Assembly: GCF_018350175.1 (NCBI RefSeq)
Contig: NC_058368.1
Span: 224,194,001-224,258,000, forward strand
Direction of reading: 5' to 3'
DNA length: 64,000 nucleotides
Origin: Felis catus
Lineage: Eukaryota
Below are positions 1 to 10,877 of this stretch, in pieces. The notes under the pieces were generated by a model that was given only the letters and a program-made list of their open reading frames with translations, was not told where the DNA came from and searched no databases. Made by a program: the position numbers and the translations under genes. Within the stretch, counting starts at the first letter, position 1, and each line of letters opens with the position of its first letter.

Positions 1-342
1 TAAACTTTTACATCTTCTTAAAGACTATCACAGTGTCTTAGGGAACATATTGCAGAACAAAATTGCTTATATAAAGTCCTTAAAATCAAATTATCTACCC
101 TGCTAATGATCAGATTTCTACCCTAAATGTTGGAAGCATTCAGCCCCTGATTTTACATTTATATATATTTCTTTCATTCCTACAATATCAGGTTTCATAT
201 CTGCAATTTCCAGGGGAAAAAATATGATTAAAATTAGGTTAGAAACAAAAGTAGAACTCTGTGAAATCATTCTATTTTAAGATTTCAGAGGGTCTATATT
301 AATGTCACTTTTTCACTTAAATTTACAGATTTCCTAAGAACC

Positions 343-585
343 TTGTAGCAAGCACTGTAGATTGGTTACCCCAAACTGACTCATAACCCCTTCCTCTACT
401 GAAAAGATGGTAACCCTTCCTGGACTCCATGGAGCTTCTTGTGCAATTGCATTAATGCCTAACAATAAAGTATTTAAGGAGTTTATGTTTGGATCTTCTT
501 GAGTATTAAAGACCTAGGGTTTTGACATTTGCCCTTCTCTTTTTTTCTCTCCCTTCTATCTGCTTGGAACATAGACTAAGAGCCT
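343..585 (+). mobile_element. Highly degraded MaLR/ERVL-type LTR remnant (MLT1J/K- or LTR16-like)
   Basis: Begins TGTAGCAAGCACTGTAGATTGGTTACCC and contains CCCTTCTATCTGCTTGGAACATAGAC, resembling old MLT1/LTR16 consensus as I recall it; boundaries approximate. Confidence 0.35.
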
Positions 586-655
586 TTGCTAAGGACTAAA
601 GATTTTAAAATTGATTTTTTCCAGCTGCTATAATGTATACTTGATACTTCAAATT

Positions 656-871
656 AATTTTTTTTTTACATTTTATTATTTTTAAGAGAGAGAGAGAGAG
701 AAAGTGCAAGTGGGGGAGGGGCAGAGAGTGAAGGAGACACAGAATCCGAAGCAGGCTCCAGGCTCTGAGCTGTCAGCACAGAGCCCAACACAGGGCTGGA
801 ACCTATGAGCCATGAGATCATGACCTGAGCCGAAGCCATATGCTCAACCGACTGAGACACCCAAGCACCCC
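656..871 (-). mobile_element. Can-SINE (feline SINEC)
   Basis: Reverse complement of GGGGTGCTTGGGTGTCTCAGTCGGTTGAGC head, (CT)n tract and A-tail; TSD ATACTTCAAATT at 644-655 and 873-884. Confidence 0.95.
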
Positions 872-896
872 TATACTTCAAATTTAATGTGTATGG

Positions 897-1116
897 TTTT
901 TTTTTTAATTTTTTTAATGTTTATTTATTTTTGAGACAGAGAGAGACAGAGCATGAACAGGGGAGGGGCAGAGAGAGGGAGACACAGAATCTGAAACAGG
1001 CTCCAGGCTCTGAGCTGTCAGCACAGAGCCCAACGCAGGGCTCGAACTCACGGACCGTGAGATCATGACCTGAGCCGAAGTCGGAAGCTCAACTGACTGA
1101 GCCACCCAGGCGCCCC
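897..1116 (-). mobile_element. Can-SINE (young SINEC_Fc-like)
   Basis: Reverse complement of GGGGCGCCTGGGTGGCTCAGTC head, CpGs retained, T-rich tail at left. Confidence 0.95.
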
Positions 1117-1256
1117 TGTTTTTTTTAATTACACAAGAGTTTCTGACTATAATGTAATTAATTGGCAAACATTTGTTTACAGAAATATAAAAAGATATCC
1201 ATCCTTACTTAGGATACAGAATGTTTCCTCCCTAATTGTTCCTACCCCATCGCTCT

Positions 1257-1280
1257 CACACACACACACACACACACACA
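1257..1280. repeat. (CA)n microsatellite
   Basis: About 12 CA units seen directly. Confidence 0.95.
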
Positions 1281-1771
1281 CTGATAGCAGGAAAAATGTC
1301 AATTTTATTATGATAGGATTGAGATGGGATGATGTATCTCAGTACGGTGTCCACATGGAATTTCTATGTCCAAATGGGATCTCAGAATAAGACTTACTAT
1401 TTCAGTCACATATTCTGCTACTCACAAACAAGATTCCCCTTATGAATGAAGTGTCCAGCCAGGGAAGACAGAAGCCATGATGAAGACAATAAAACTGTTC
1501 TCCCTGGGAATGGGTTTGCTTCTAAAAAGGAACAGGCATGGCGAATCTCCCATGCCCTGTCAGTCTTTCTGGCGAGACTAAATATACCAAGGTCACGAGG
1601 CCTTCACTCTCAGACTGGCAGATTGAGCAGGAGGACAGTAAAGTCAGAGGCTACTTAGAGAAAATCTTTTGTATTAGAAACCAGGAAGGTGTTTTATCTT
1701 TCATCTATAAAGACAGTATTAATCGTATGTATTTAAATGTTATATATTCTATCACTTTAAAATGGATTTTA

Positions 1772-1992
1772 GGGGCACCTGGGTGGCTCAGTTGGTTAAG
1801 TGTCCAACTCCGGCTCAGGTCATGATCTCGCGGTCTGTGAGTTAGAGCCCCGCATCGGGCTCTGTACTGACAGCTCGGAGCCTGGAGCCTACTTAGGATT
1901 CTGTGTCTCCCTCTCTCTCTCTGCCCCTGTCCTGCTCAGTCTGTCTCTGTCTCTCAAAAAGTGAATAAACATTAAAAAAATTTAAAAAAAAA
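1772..1992 (+). mobile_element. Can-SINE
   Basis: GGGGCACCTGGGTGGCTCAGTTGGTTAAG head, B-box-like GAGTTAGAGCCC, (CT)n, AATAAA and A-tail. Confidence 0.95.
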
Positions 1993-2325
1993 CCTAATTT
2001 TAAACATGAATTTGATGCTCTTTCTTTAAACCATATTTAATTTACAAAAAAATATTTATTTAGTTCCCTGCTTATACTTAACATACTTAACAAATACATT
2101 TCCTCTCTCATTACAAAATGCACACTGGTGAGTCGTAGCTGTGATTACTGATGTTAACTGCCTAACATTCAAATTACAAGAATACTTAAAATAGATGACT
2201 GCAAGTAAAAAGGCATGCATATGACCCAAACTGAGAAGAATGTGCCCTTTGACAGCAGGACATAGCAATAGAAATGGGACAAATCCCTAAATTCAACATA
2301 ATTATATAATAATATATAGTGTATA

Positions 2326-3290
2326 TTTTCTTTTTAATTCAAGTTAGTTAACATGCAGTGTAGTCTTGGCTTCAGAAACAGAACCCAGTGGTGCATCTCT
2401 TACATACGGCACCCAGTGCTCATCCCCAAAAGTGCCCTCTCCAGTGTCCATCACCCACAACCCATCCCCCCACCACTTCCCCTCCAGCACCCCTCAGTTT
2501 GTTCTCTATATTTGAGAGTCTCTTAGTGGTTTGCCTCCCTGTTTTTCTATCATTTTTCGTTCCCTTCCCCCATGTCATCTGTTGGGTTTCTCAAATTCCA
2601 CATGAGTGAAATCTTAGATCTCTCTCTGACTGTTTTCACTTAGCATAATACCCTCTAGTTCCACCCATGTCATTGAAAATGGCCATTCTTTTTCATCGCC
2701 AAGTAGTATTCCGTTGTGTGTGTGTATGCGTGTGTGTGTGTTTCCGTGTCTGTGTGTGTATATATACCACATCCTCTTTATTCATTCATCAGCCAAAGGA
2801 CAACTGGGAAATTTTCAAAATCTGGCTATTGAATCAGCATCTTTGTATCCTTTGGATAAATACCAGTAGTGCACATGCGGGGTCATAGGGTAGTTCTATT
2901 TTTAATTTTTTGAGGAACTTTTGTACTGTTTTCCAGAATGGCCACACCAGTTTGAATTCCCACCAACAGTGAAAAGTGTTCTGTTCTCTCTGCATCCTCA
3001 CCAACGTCTGCTGTTCCCTGAGTCTTTATTTTAGCCGTTATGAAAAGTGTGAGGTGCTATCTCATTGTGGTCTTGATTTGGATTTCCCTGCTGACGAGTG
3101 ATGCTGAACATATTTTCAAGTGCCTGTTTGCCACCTGGATGTCTTCTTTGGAAAAACGGCTATTCATGTCTTCTGCCCATTTTTCAATGGACTGTTTTTT
3201 GGATGTTGAGTTTGGCAATTTACTTACAGATTTCGGATACTAACCTTTTATCCTATATGTCATTGGCAAATATTTTCTCTCCTATTCTGT
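2326..3290 (-). mobile_element. 5'-truncated carnivore LINE-1 (3'UTR and ORF2 C-terminus), degraded
   Basis: Antisense L1 3'UTR (CACCCAGTGCTCATCCC...CCCTCAGTTTGTTCTC) followed by antisense ORF2-end sequence matching 60200-60900 of the full-length L1 in this window. Confidence 0.9.
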
Positions 3291-5629
3291 CTCTGGAACT
3301 CTCGACTTTTCATGAAACTTGAAAAAAATATTTTTGAAGATCTCATGTAAAGGATATATGCCAAATAACTGAAGTGGTATTTGTAATGATCCACAGAAGA
3401 CACTTGGCCTCCTAGCCACCTCAATACTTCCTAGTAAGAGTCCGTACATGTCTTATAGGTGTCCTCAATGGGGCTGTAACCCAGCTCCTTACACGAGTTC
3501 CCTGTATGCTCCATCATGGGCTGGGAGCAGCCAGTGAACATCCTGGCTTCCAGAAAACCATGTTGAATTCAGAGCACAGACCTGACTCAGAACTCTGTGA
3601 GGCACATTCTCGTCTCTCACATGTATCAATAAAGAAAAGATATAGCACTGATATATAACTGAAAACGTATTAAAAGATAATTTAAGAAATATGTTTTTTT
3701 CAAATTAGAATAGGAAGTAGATCTTTAAAGCAGACATGAAAACAAAGGCAAAAAAGTCAATTGATACGTGGACCACACGAAAATGTAAACTTTCATAAAG
3801 TCAGAAACATTAACCTTCAAGAAAAAGTACATACCAGGGTAAAATAGTTGGAATTTATGTACTATAAAAATATCAATATTTACAATTCATGCAGAATTCC
3901 CCAAGTCAATAAGAAATCACAGTATTTCATAAAAATGGGTGAAGTATTAGAATATGAAAATCTAAAGATATTTTTCAGTCATCACATAGTCTTTTGTAGT
4001 AAACCTCAGCTTACCTTGGAGCATCTAGAGAAGCCTAAAGTAATTTATTAAAGGCACCAAAAAGCTCTGGATGCAGTCCAGACACACAAACAGGAAGATT
4101 TTCCCTCTCAAGATATTTGGAAAATTCTGAAACTGTTGGACGGTTGGTCAGTCACAGAGCTAAGCTAAAACCTCTGAAGGGCAGATAGACAGGCCTCCAG
4201 TTTCTCTCCAGGGAGGAGATAAAACCCTGCCAGACTCACTGGCAAGAACAAAGCTGGTTCACTGACACTGGGATCCAGTCCCCTTTCAAAGGGAGAGAGT
4301 GAGGACGGAGGGCCTTCATCTTTATTCACATGTTCAGAAATGGCACATGAACCCTTGCTCATGGACATTTGCTTCCAATTTCTGTGGAAGAGAATAGTTT
4401 ATATTGGATAAGTAACAGCCCCCCCCCACTTGCTCTCTTCTATCATATTCTTTTGCAGTCTGACAATATCCAACATTTTCCTTGTTGAAAAATGAATTTT
4501 CCATTTTATGGTTCATAGACATAATGTAGTATTCTCAAGTAAAAATAAAAAAATCAAACAAATCCGTTTGACCCTTTTAAGACTTGTAAGGGTCCTTATT
4601 ATGAAATATTTAGATAGCAGGAGACAAAATGCCCTTTTATCATTATAAATGGCACTGTGTATTTTTGCATACATCCTTTACGATAGTTCCATAGTTTTCC
4701 ATGAATTAAAGATAACAACAGTTTGAAATCGTTTTCTTTTTCAGCACTCACGAAACTAAGTTTTTCTAAAAAGTAGAAATGATAAAGTAAAAGAACAATA
4801 CTAATCCTCTATATATTTTATGACTTTTGCCATATTTGCATGTTTGTTTTTGAGCAATTTTTTTTGTTTCAGCAATTTTGCAGCCTCTCTACTTTGATCC
4901 ATAAGGACCGAGAAAACTCTTTTGAGAACTTTATCCCTATTGCTGTTAAGTCATGAAAGAAATAATTTTCACGTTTTTTTTTTTCTCCACCTCTGCTCAG
5001 ATCCAAACATCAGGGATCAAAACCAAAATAAGCTCAAGTGAAAGGCATGTGTGCACACACAAATACACAAAATGAGAGGTGTTTTATTACCTGGGGACAT
5101 AAAAGTTTAGAGCCAAGAAGATGGAATGAATGTAAGTCAGTAACTTGAATATCCAGCTTACTGACAAACTCTCAAGGAAGCTGTCGATCCATGATTGATG
5201 AGGAAGGATATTTTGGATTCACTAGCTCTCTAAGAAAAATGTCCTTGAGGTATTCTAGTTGAAAGATCCATAATGTCAAATTCCCCACCAAGTAATGACT
5301 ACATTACTTGAAGGAATTTGCAGCATACTTCCATTTCAAATTCATGCAATGAATGTAGAGAACTTATGATAGCTTGGCTTTTCAGAAAATAATTTTTTAT
5401 ATAGTTTCCTAATTTATGTTATATTAATTGCTACGAGTATTCATTTTCCCTTCCATTTTTCCTGTGTTTTATTTATCTATGACTTCCAATTCACACATGA
5501 ACTTACCTAAAAACTAGAGATGTTCTTTTTAATAGAATACTGATCAATATTTTCATTCTCATTTGATGGATGGTTATCCTAGAAAACAGGTTAGTTTGAT
5601 TTACTGAATAAAATGATCATTATGATCAT

Positions 5630-5872
5630 GATGATAAAAGCGACCAACAGCTGTGAAAAACTTGCTCTGTAACTTGGCTTCTCCTAATGTGATTACCCGC
5701 TATTGGTTATATAAATTATCTCATAACTTTCATTTTACCAATATGGAAAATAAATCAGTACAAGAATTTAAACAACATAATTGAGATGACATGGCTAATA
5801 ACAAGCAGCGATGACATTCGATCCAGAAGTCCCATTAGAAAGGCTATGCTTCTGCTATTCTAATACTGTTTC
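5630..5872 (-). mobile_element. MIR SINE relic
   Basis: Degenerate core TTCATTTTACCAATATGGAAAATAAATCAG...ACATGGCTAATAA...ATTCGATCCAG resembles the MIR core. Confidence 0.5.
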
Positions 5873-6866
5873 CTAAATTTAAGCTAGCCAAACAACAAAT
5901 TGAATTATGTAAATATGTATATTACTGTAAGACATTATAAAGGTAAAAATTAGACAAATGAATCCTTCACCCATGTTTTGTAATATTTTCACTGGCATTT
6001 GAAGCAGGATCAAGTTCTACAAAAAATACTTATTAAAGAAACTTTTATAATTTTGGAAGAAAACTAATATTTTTTTTGGAAAACATTCTATTTTATACAA
6101 GGAGTTCATTTAATATTATTTTTCAATTAAATTCTATTTCCTTTCATCTATGTTCTTTTATTTCCAAGTCTAAAAGAAAATTAACAGTTTCAATGCCCAT
6201 TTGATAACTGCTTCCTGATCCTGGGTCAGTATCTCTACTTGGCTTTATGATTTTCCATATGAGACCCAAATCCCTGGTAGACTAATTTAAACAGATACAT
6301 GCAAAATATTAACTAAGTTTACTAGTGAAGGCAAACATGGCAAAGATCCTCTGTTGCAAAAGACCAGCTTTTCTGCTTCGGACAAGTCTTTGCTTCCTTG
6401 TAATATGGTCTCTTCATCATAGTTTTCTTAACCCCCAAAGAGAAATTAATTATTCCTAGGCTTCCTCAACATAATTCCTCTTTACCCGATTAAGACTAAT
6501 TATTACCTAGACACTGATCTGCTTACAGAAAATTATTCTTTAGAGAACTGGAAATTGAGGTAGGAAGCTTTATAAAGAGTGCTGCCATATAAAATACTAC
6601 ACTTGAATAAATAAAGAATACTAAAGGGGCTATCCATACCCATAAAAAGCAAACAAAAAATATGCTGTTTTTGTACAGGCACCTTTTTCATAGTCAACTG
6701 ATGATATAGAAGCAACAATTACTTGAATTTTAATATAATAATAAATTATAACTTTTGTAATGAAAGATGAGTGACACATTTTAAACTTAAAGTGTCTTAT
6801 ATGTTCTTTTATATTTGATGGTTAGGACTTGACTTGCTATATCAAATTCTTATAGCATCCTTGGTT

Positions 6867-7094
6867 GTTTTTTTTTTTTTTAATTTTTTTTAACGTTTAT
6901 TTATTTTTGAGACAGAGAGAGACAGAGCATGAACGGGGGAGGGTCTGAGAGAGAGGGAGACACAGAATCGGAAACAGGCTCCAGGCTCTGAGCTGTCAGC
7001 ACAGAGCCCCACGCGGGGCTCGAACTCACGGACCGCGAGATCATGACCTGAGCTGAAGTCGGAGGCTTAACCGACTGAGCCACCCAGGTGCCCC
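6867..7094 (-). mobile_element. Can-SINE (young SINEC_Fc-like)
   Basis: Complete element; TSD TAGCATCCTTGGTT (6853-6866) / TAGCATTCTTGGTT (7095-7108). Confidence 0.95.
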
Positions 7095-7384
7095 TAGCAT
7101 TCTTGGTTTTAACTGTAGTTTTTTAAATGTATATTTTATGACCTATGGATTATTACCAGATGATTCTCTTTCTTAGCGGAATGGGGTTTCTTTCTTGCTT
7201 TCTTTCCTTCTGCCATTTAAAAAATCTTCATCCATCATTTCTCCTTGCTTTTTCTTACTTTCTTCCCTCCTCCCTCCCTTTCATTTTTTTTCTTACTTTA
7301 CTTTTTTTCTTTTTCTTTTGCATTCTTTTTTATTAATTTAGCTTGATAATGAATAAATCTTAAAATTCTATACTAAATGTAATT

Positions 7385-7452
7385 TAATATGACAAATCAG
7401 ATGAAAGAATGTGATTTGTCATATTAGAATATGAAAGAAGAATATGAAAGAA
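7385..7452. repeat. Perfect 15-bp inverted repeat plus adjacent 13-bp tandem duplication
   Basis: TAATATGACAAATCA (7385-7399) / TGATTTGTCATATTA (7412-7426); GAATATGAAAGAA x2 (7427-7452). Confidence 0.9.
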
Positions 7453-7967
7453 GAAGTTAATGTATGTTACAATCTTAAGACATGAAAATATTACTCTGTC
7501 CACATAAGAAAAACAATATGAAATCATTCTATCCTTAGAAATGCTCATATGTATATTATATTTTAAAAATACCTTAAAAATGCTACAAAATTCTGAAATT
7601 ATAATAAAATAATCATATTATTTATTCTTACAAATAACCTTAAACTTTAATTTGGTTTAGAACTTTATGTATTTTATTTCCCTTGAGAAAGTGTTTTTCC
7701 TTTGTGCCATTTTGAGCTTATGTTTTTATTAATATTATTTTTAAAAAGCTTACTATGATTTCACTTGAAAATACCTCTAGAACCATGGCTGAATTGTTTT
7801 ATAGAATTTTTTTCTTCATTGTATTAGATGTACTAGCCAAAGTTGGAACTACAATGACTTACTTTTAATGAGAAAAATATTATTAACCACTCCAAAATAA
7901 ATAGCATGAAGAAAAAAGAATGAGTCATATCTATAAATGCAAGTAAATCAAAATCAATGTTTATATT

Positions 7968-8166
7968 GGGGCAACCCAGAGGCTCAATCTGTTAAGCATC
8001 CAACTTCCACTCAGGTCATGATCTCACATTTCATGAGTTTGAGTCTCCCATTGGCTCTGTGCTGATAGCTCAGAGACTGGAGCTTACTTCAGATTCTTGT
8101 CCTCTCTCTCTGCCCTTCCCCCACTCACACTCTGTCTCTCAAAAATAAATAAACATTGAAAAAAAT
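7968..8166 (+). mobile_element. Can-SINE (older, diverged)
   Basis: GGGGCAACCCAGAGGCTCAATCTGTTAAGC head, TCAGGTCATGATCTC, (CT)n, AATAAA tail. Confidence 0.9.
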
Positions 8167-8439
8167 AAATGATGCTTATAGTGAAAGGAAAAAAATGAAG
8201 ATATAAGAAGTTTAAATGAGTTCTATTCTTTAAAATATGAATTTTTCCACATCAGTGATATTTCTTGAATCATTCCAATAATGGCTAATTTTTAACTTGT
8301 TAAACTTACTATTATTTTCTATAAGAATGAAACACAAAACAAGAATTCACATAAACACTTGCCTTAAACATTGCCATAATAATGCCATATTGCCACACAG
8401 TTCCAAGATCAAATTTTCTTCTTTTAAATTCATATGTTC

Positions 8440-8615
8440 TTTAAATTTTAATTGAAGTTTGGTTGGCCTACAATATTATAATAGTTTCAGGTGTACACCA
8501 TCATGATTTGATAATCTATGCATTATGCAATTTTCATCGTAAGTATGGAGTGGCCATCTGTTACTCTACATTATTATAATATTATTCACTACATTCCTTA
8601 TGTTGTACTTAATTC
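8440..8615 (-). mobile_element. Old LINE-1 3' end fragment (L1MA/L1_Carn-like)
   Basis: TTTTAATTGAAG...TACAATATTATA..AGTTTCAGGTGTACA...ATAATATTATTCACTACATTCC is typical of antisense L1 3' termini. Confidence 0.65.
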
Positions 8616-8639
8616 ATACTTTCTTATATATGAGAGTCA

Positions 8640-9001
8640 AGTTGTGCTTAATGTTTTTGTCCTCCATAAATTCATATGTTGAAATTCTAATGCCTAATGA
8701 GCTGTTATCGATAGGTGGATTTTTGGGAAAGAAATATGGTCATGAGAGGGGAGTCATCATGAGCAAGATTAATGCCCTTATAAAGGAGACCCACACAATT
8801 TCCTAACCTCTTCCACCATGTGAGGATAGAGGGAGAAGGTGTTGGCTATGAAAAGAAAAAAAAAAAAAAAAAAAAAAAAAAAGCCCTCTGCAGAATGGGA
8901 CTGTGCCGGCACAGTCATCGACTTTCCAGCTTCCAAAACCTTAAGAAATCAGTTTCTGTTGTTTCTAAGTTACCCAGTTGTGATCTGAATGGCCTAAGAC
9001 A
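8640..9001 (+). mobile_element. MaLR solo LTR (MLT1A-like) with an internal poly(A) run
   Basis: AAATTCATATGTTGAAATTCTAA, ATTAATGCCCTTATAAAGGAGACCC, CCATGTGAGGA, GACTTTCCAGCTTCCAAAAC, ends CTAAGACA; poly(A) at 8851-8882. Confidence 0.8.
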
Positions 9002-9004
9002 ACA

Positions 9005-9365
9005 GGAAAGAGCAGTGTCTGTTTTGCACCACCAGCGTGAAAAACATCTCATCTTTCATGAAGCATTGGGCAGAAAACTAAGAGGAGCCATGTTTGTTTT
9101 TTAATCGGGGGGGGGGGGGGGGAAGCAACCCTAGAGCAAATGTGGCTGTAGCCTTGCCTAAAAAGCAAACAAACAAACAAACAAAATCAAAACAAACAAG
9201 CAAAAAACCCTTAAAAATATGACTCTAAAAGATCAGTTTCCAAATAGCTCAGTTGTGTCCCAGAACTAAGCTCAAAACAATTCAGTTGCAAAAATAACCA
9301 AGATCCAACAGGAAGGGTTTAAAATACGTGCTATCTAATAAAACTTACCATTCATTAAAAGAAGA
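9005..9365 (+). mobile_element. Ancient L1M 5'-region remnant
   Basis: GCATTGGGCAGAAAACTAAG, CCCTAGAGCAAATG, GTCCCAGAACTAAGCTCAA resemble old L1MC/ME 5' sequence from recollection. Confidence 0.45.
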
Positions 9366-9574
9366 GAACGCAATCCACCTGCCCTTCCCCCGCTCACACT
9401 CTGCCCTGAGTCCAGGCTTAATCCAGGAGGGTGGCTCATCCAGATTTGTGGTGTGAAAGCTTGCCTAGAGATCCACCAGCAGCAGAGGAAGGAAAGAGTA
9501 GCCACTGAAAAATCCACCCAGACCTTTCTTTTATAGTCTGGAGGAGCAAATGCTTCAAGACTCCAGCCCAAGGG

Positions 9575-9737
9575 CCCTGAAGCCTTCAGATGAAATGCAG
9601 CTCTGGGGTCACCTTGGTTTTAGCCAATGAAATGCATGTCAGCTTTCTGACCTCTAGAATGACACACGATAAACTGTATGGTTCTATGCCACTGGATTTG
9701 TGGTAATTTATTATAGCAACAATAGCAAACAAATACA
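9575..9737 (+). mobile_element. MaLR LTR 3' part (MLT1D/E-like)
   Basis: CACCTTGGTTTTAGCC...TTCTGACCTCTAGAA...TTGTGGTAATTTATTATAGCAACAATAGCAAACAAATACA is the typical MLT1 3' end. Confidence 0.75.
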
Positions 9738-10681
9738 GCTGCCATCCTAATAGTCTATACAAACCTCTTGAAACATTCACTATCAACCCTTGTAGGAAAG
9801 TTTGATCATGTCTCAACGTTTTCAATTTCTTACTGACAAGATTCACCACTAATACTAATATTCATCTCTGTAAAACCTTTCTCAGTCTCTTTGTAATTCT
9901 CTTCTTTACCCTGTCTCGCTATTTTTCTTTCTCTTACACAATAGCAAAATGTACTTTTTTGATCCCAAGATTAAGCTCAGTTTCCACCTTCTATTTCTTG
10001 TTAACTGAGTAGCTCTGTTTAATCTTCTATAGCATATATCACTTATACTTTAAAATTCATTGTGTCATATGTTAATCAAACTGCCATTTTTTCGTTCATC
10101 TCTGTTTAGTTACATTTTTAGGGACATTAGAATTTGTCTGTGATATAACTGCAATTCTCAGTTTGTTATTTGTCTTTTGAATTTATTTTTCTGGATAAAT
10201 TTTGTTTTGGTAGTTCCATTTTGACCTGAGTTATTTCTTTTTATTTAATATTAACAACAGCTATAAAAAAAAAAAAGCATGGAGCTGCATCTTTAATAAT
10301 TATACACAAAGTTGCCTCAGTCAAATCTCACAAGAGAATCTCTAAGTTCAGTTGTATAAAGAGAATAGATTGACTGTATCATGATGGTTAGTTCTTTACC
10401 TTACTGCTATGATTAAGGGGTACTAATAAATTGTTGACAAAATATAGAATTAGAAAGGCTAGGGTTAGTAAAATCTCATATGGCAATAATAATGGTATGA
10501 TCAATGCCCAGAGAAAAGATTGGGTCAGGGAGGTGGGTTAAGATCAAAAACAAAAAAACAAAAAAACAAAAAAACAAAACAGACAAACAAAACAAACAGG
10601 CCAGAAGTTAATCTAATCAACACATTCAACAAAATCAGAAGAGAGGAAATAGAGTTTTATGGCAATAAAAATGGGCAGTTT

Positions 10682-10877
10682 GGGGGGCAACTCAGTTGCT
10701 CAGTCAGTAGACTATATGACTTTCTCTAGGTCATGATATCACGGTTCATGAGTTCAAAGCCCCACATTGGGAGTGTCAGCCGATCAGGGAGAGCCACTTG
10801 GGATCCTTTGTCCTCCTCTTTCTGCCCTTCCCCTGCTTGGACTCTCCCAAAAATTAAGTTAAAAAAATAAATAAAAG
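10682..10877 (+). mobile_element. Can-SINE (older)
   Basis: Diverged head, GGTCATGATATCACGGTTCATGAGTTCAAAGCCC; TSD AAATGGGCAGTTT at 10669-10681 and 10878-10890. Confidence 0.9.

Noticed and set aside
1772..1860. tRNA-like A/B boxes at SINE heads as tRNA genes
   Set aside because: They are the tRNA-derived heads of Can-SINEs, followed by SINE body, (CT)n and A-tail
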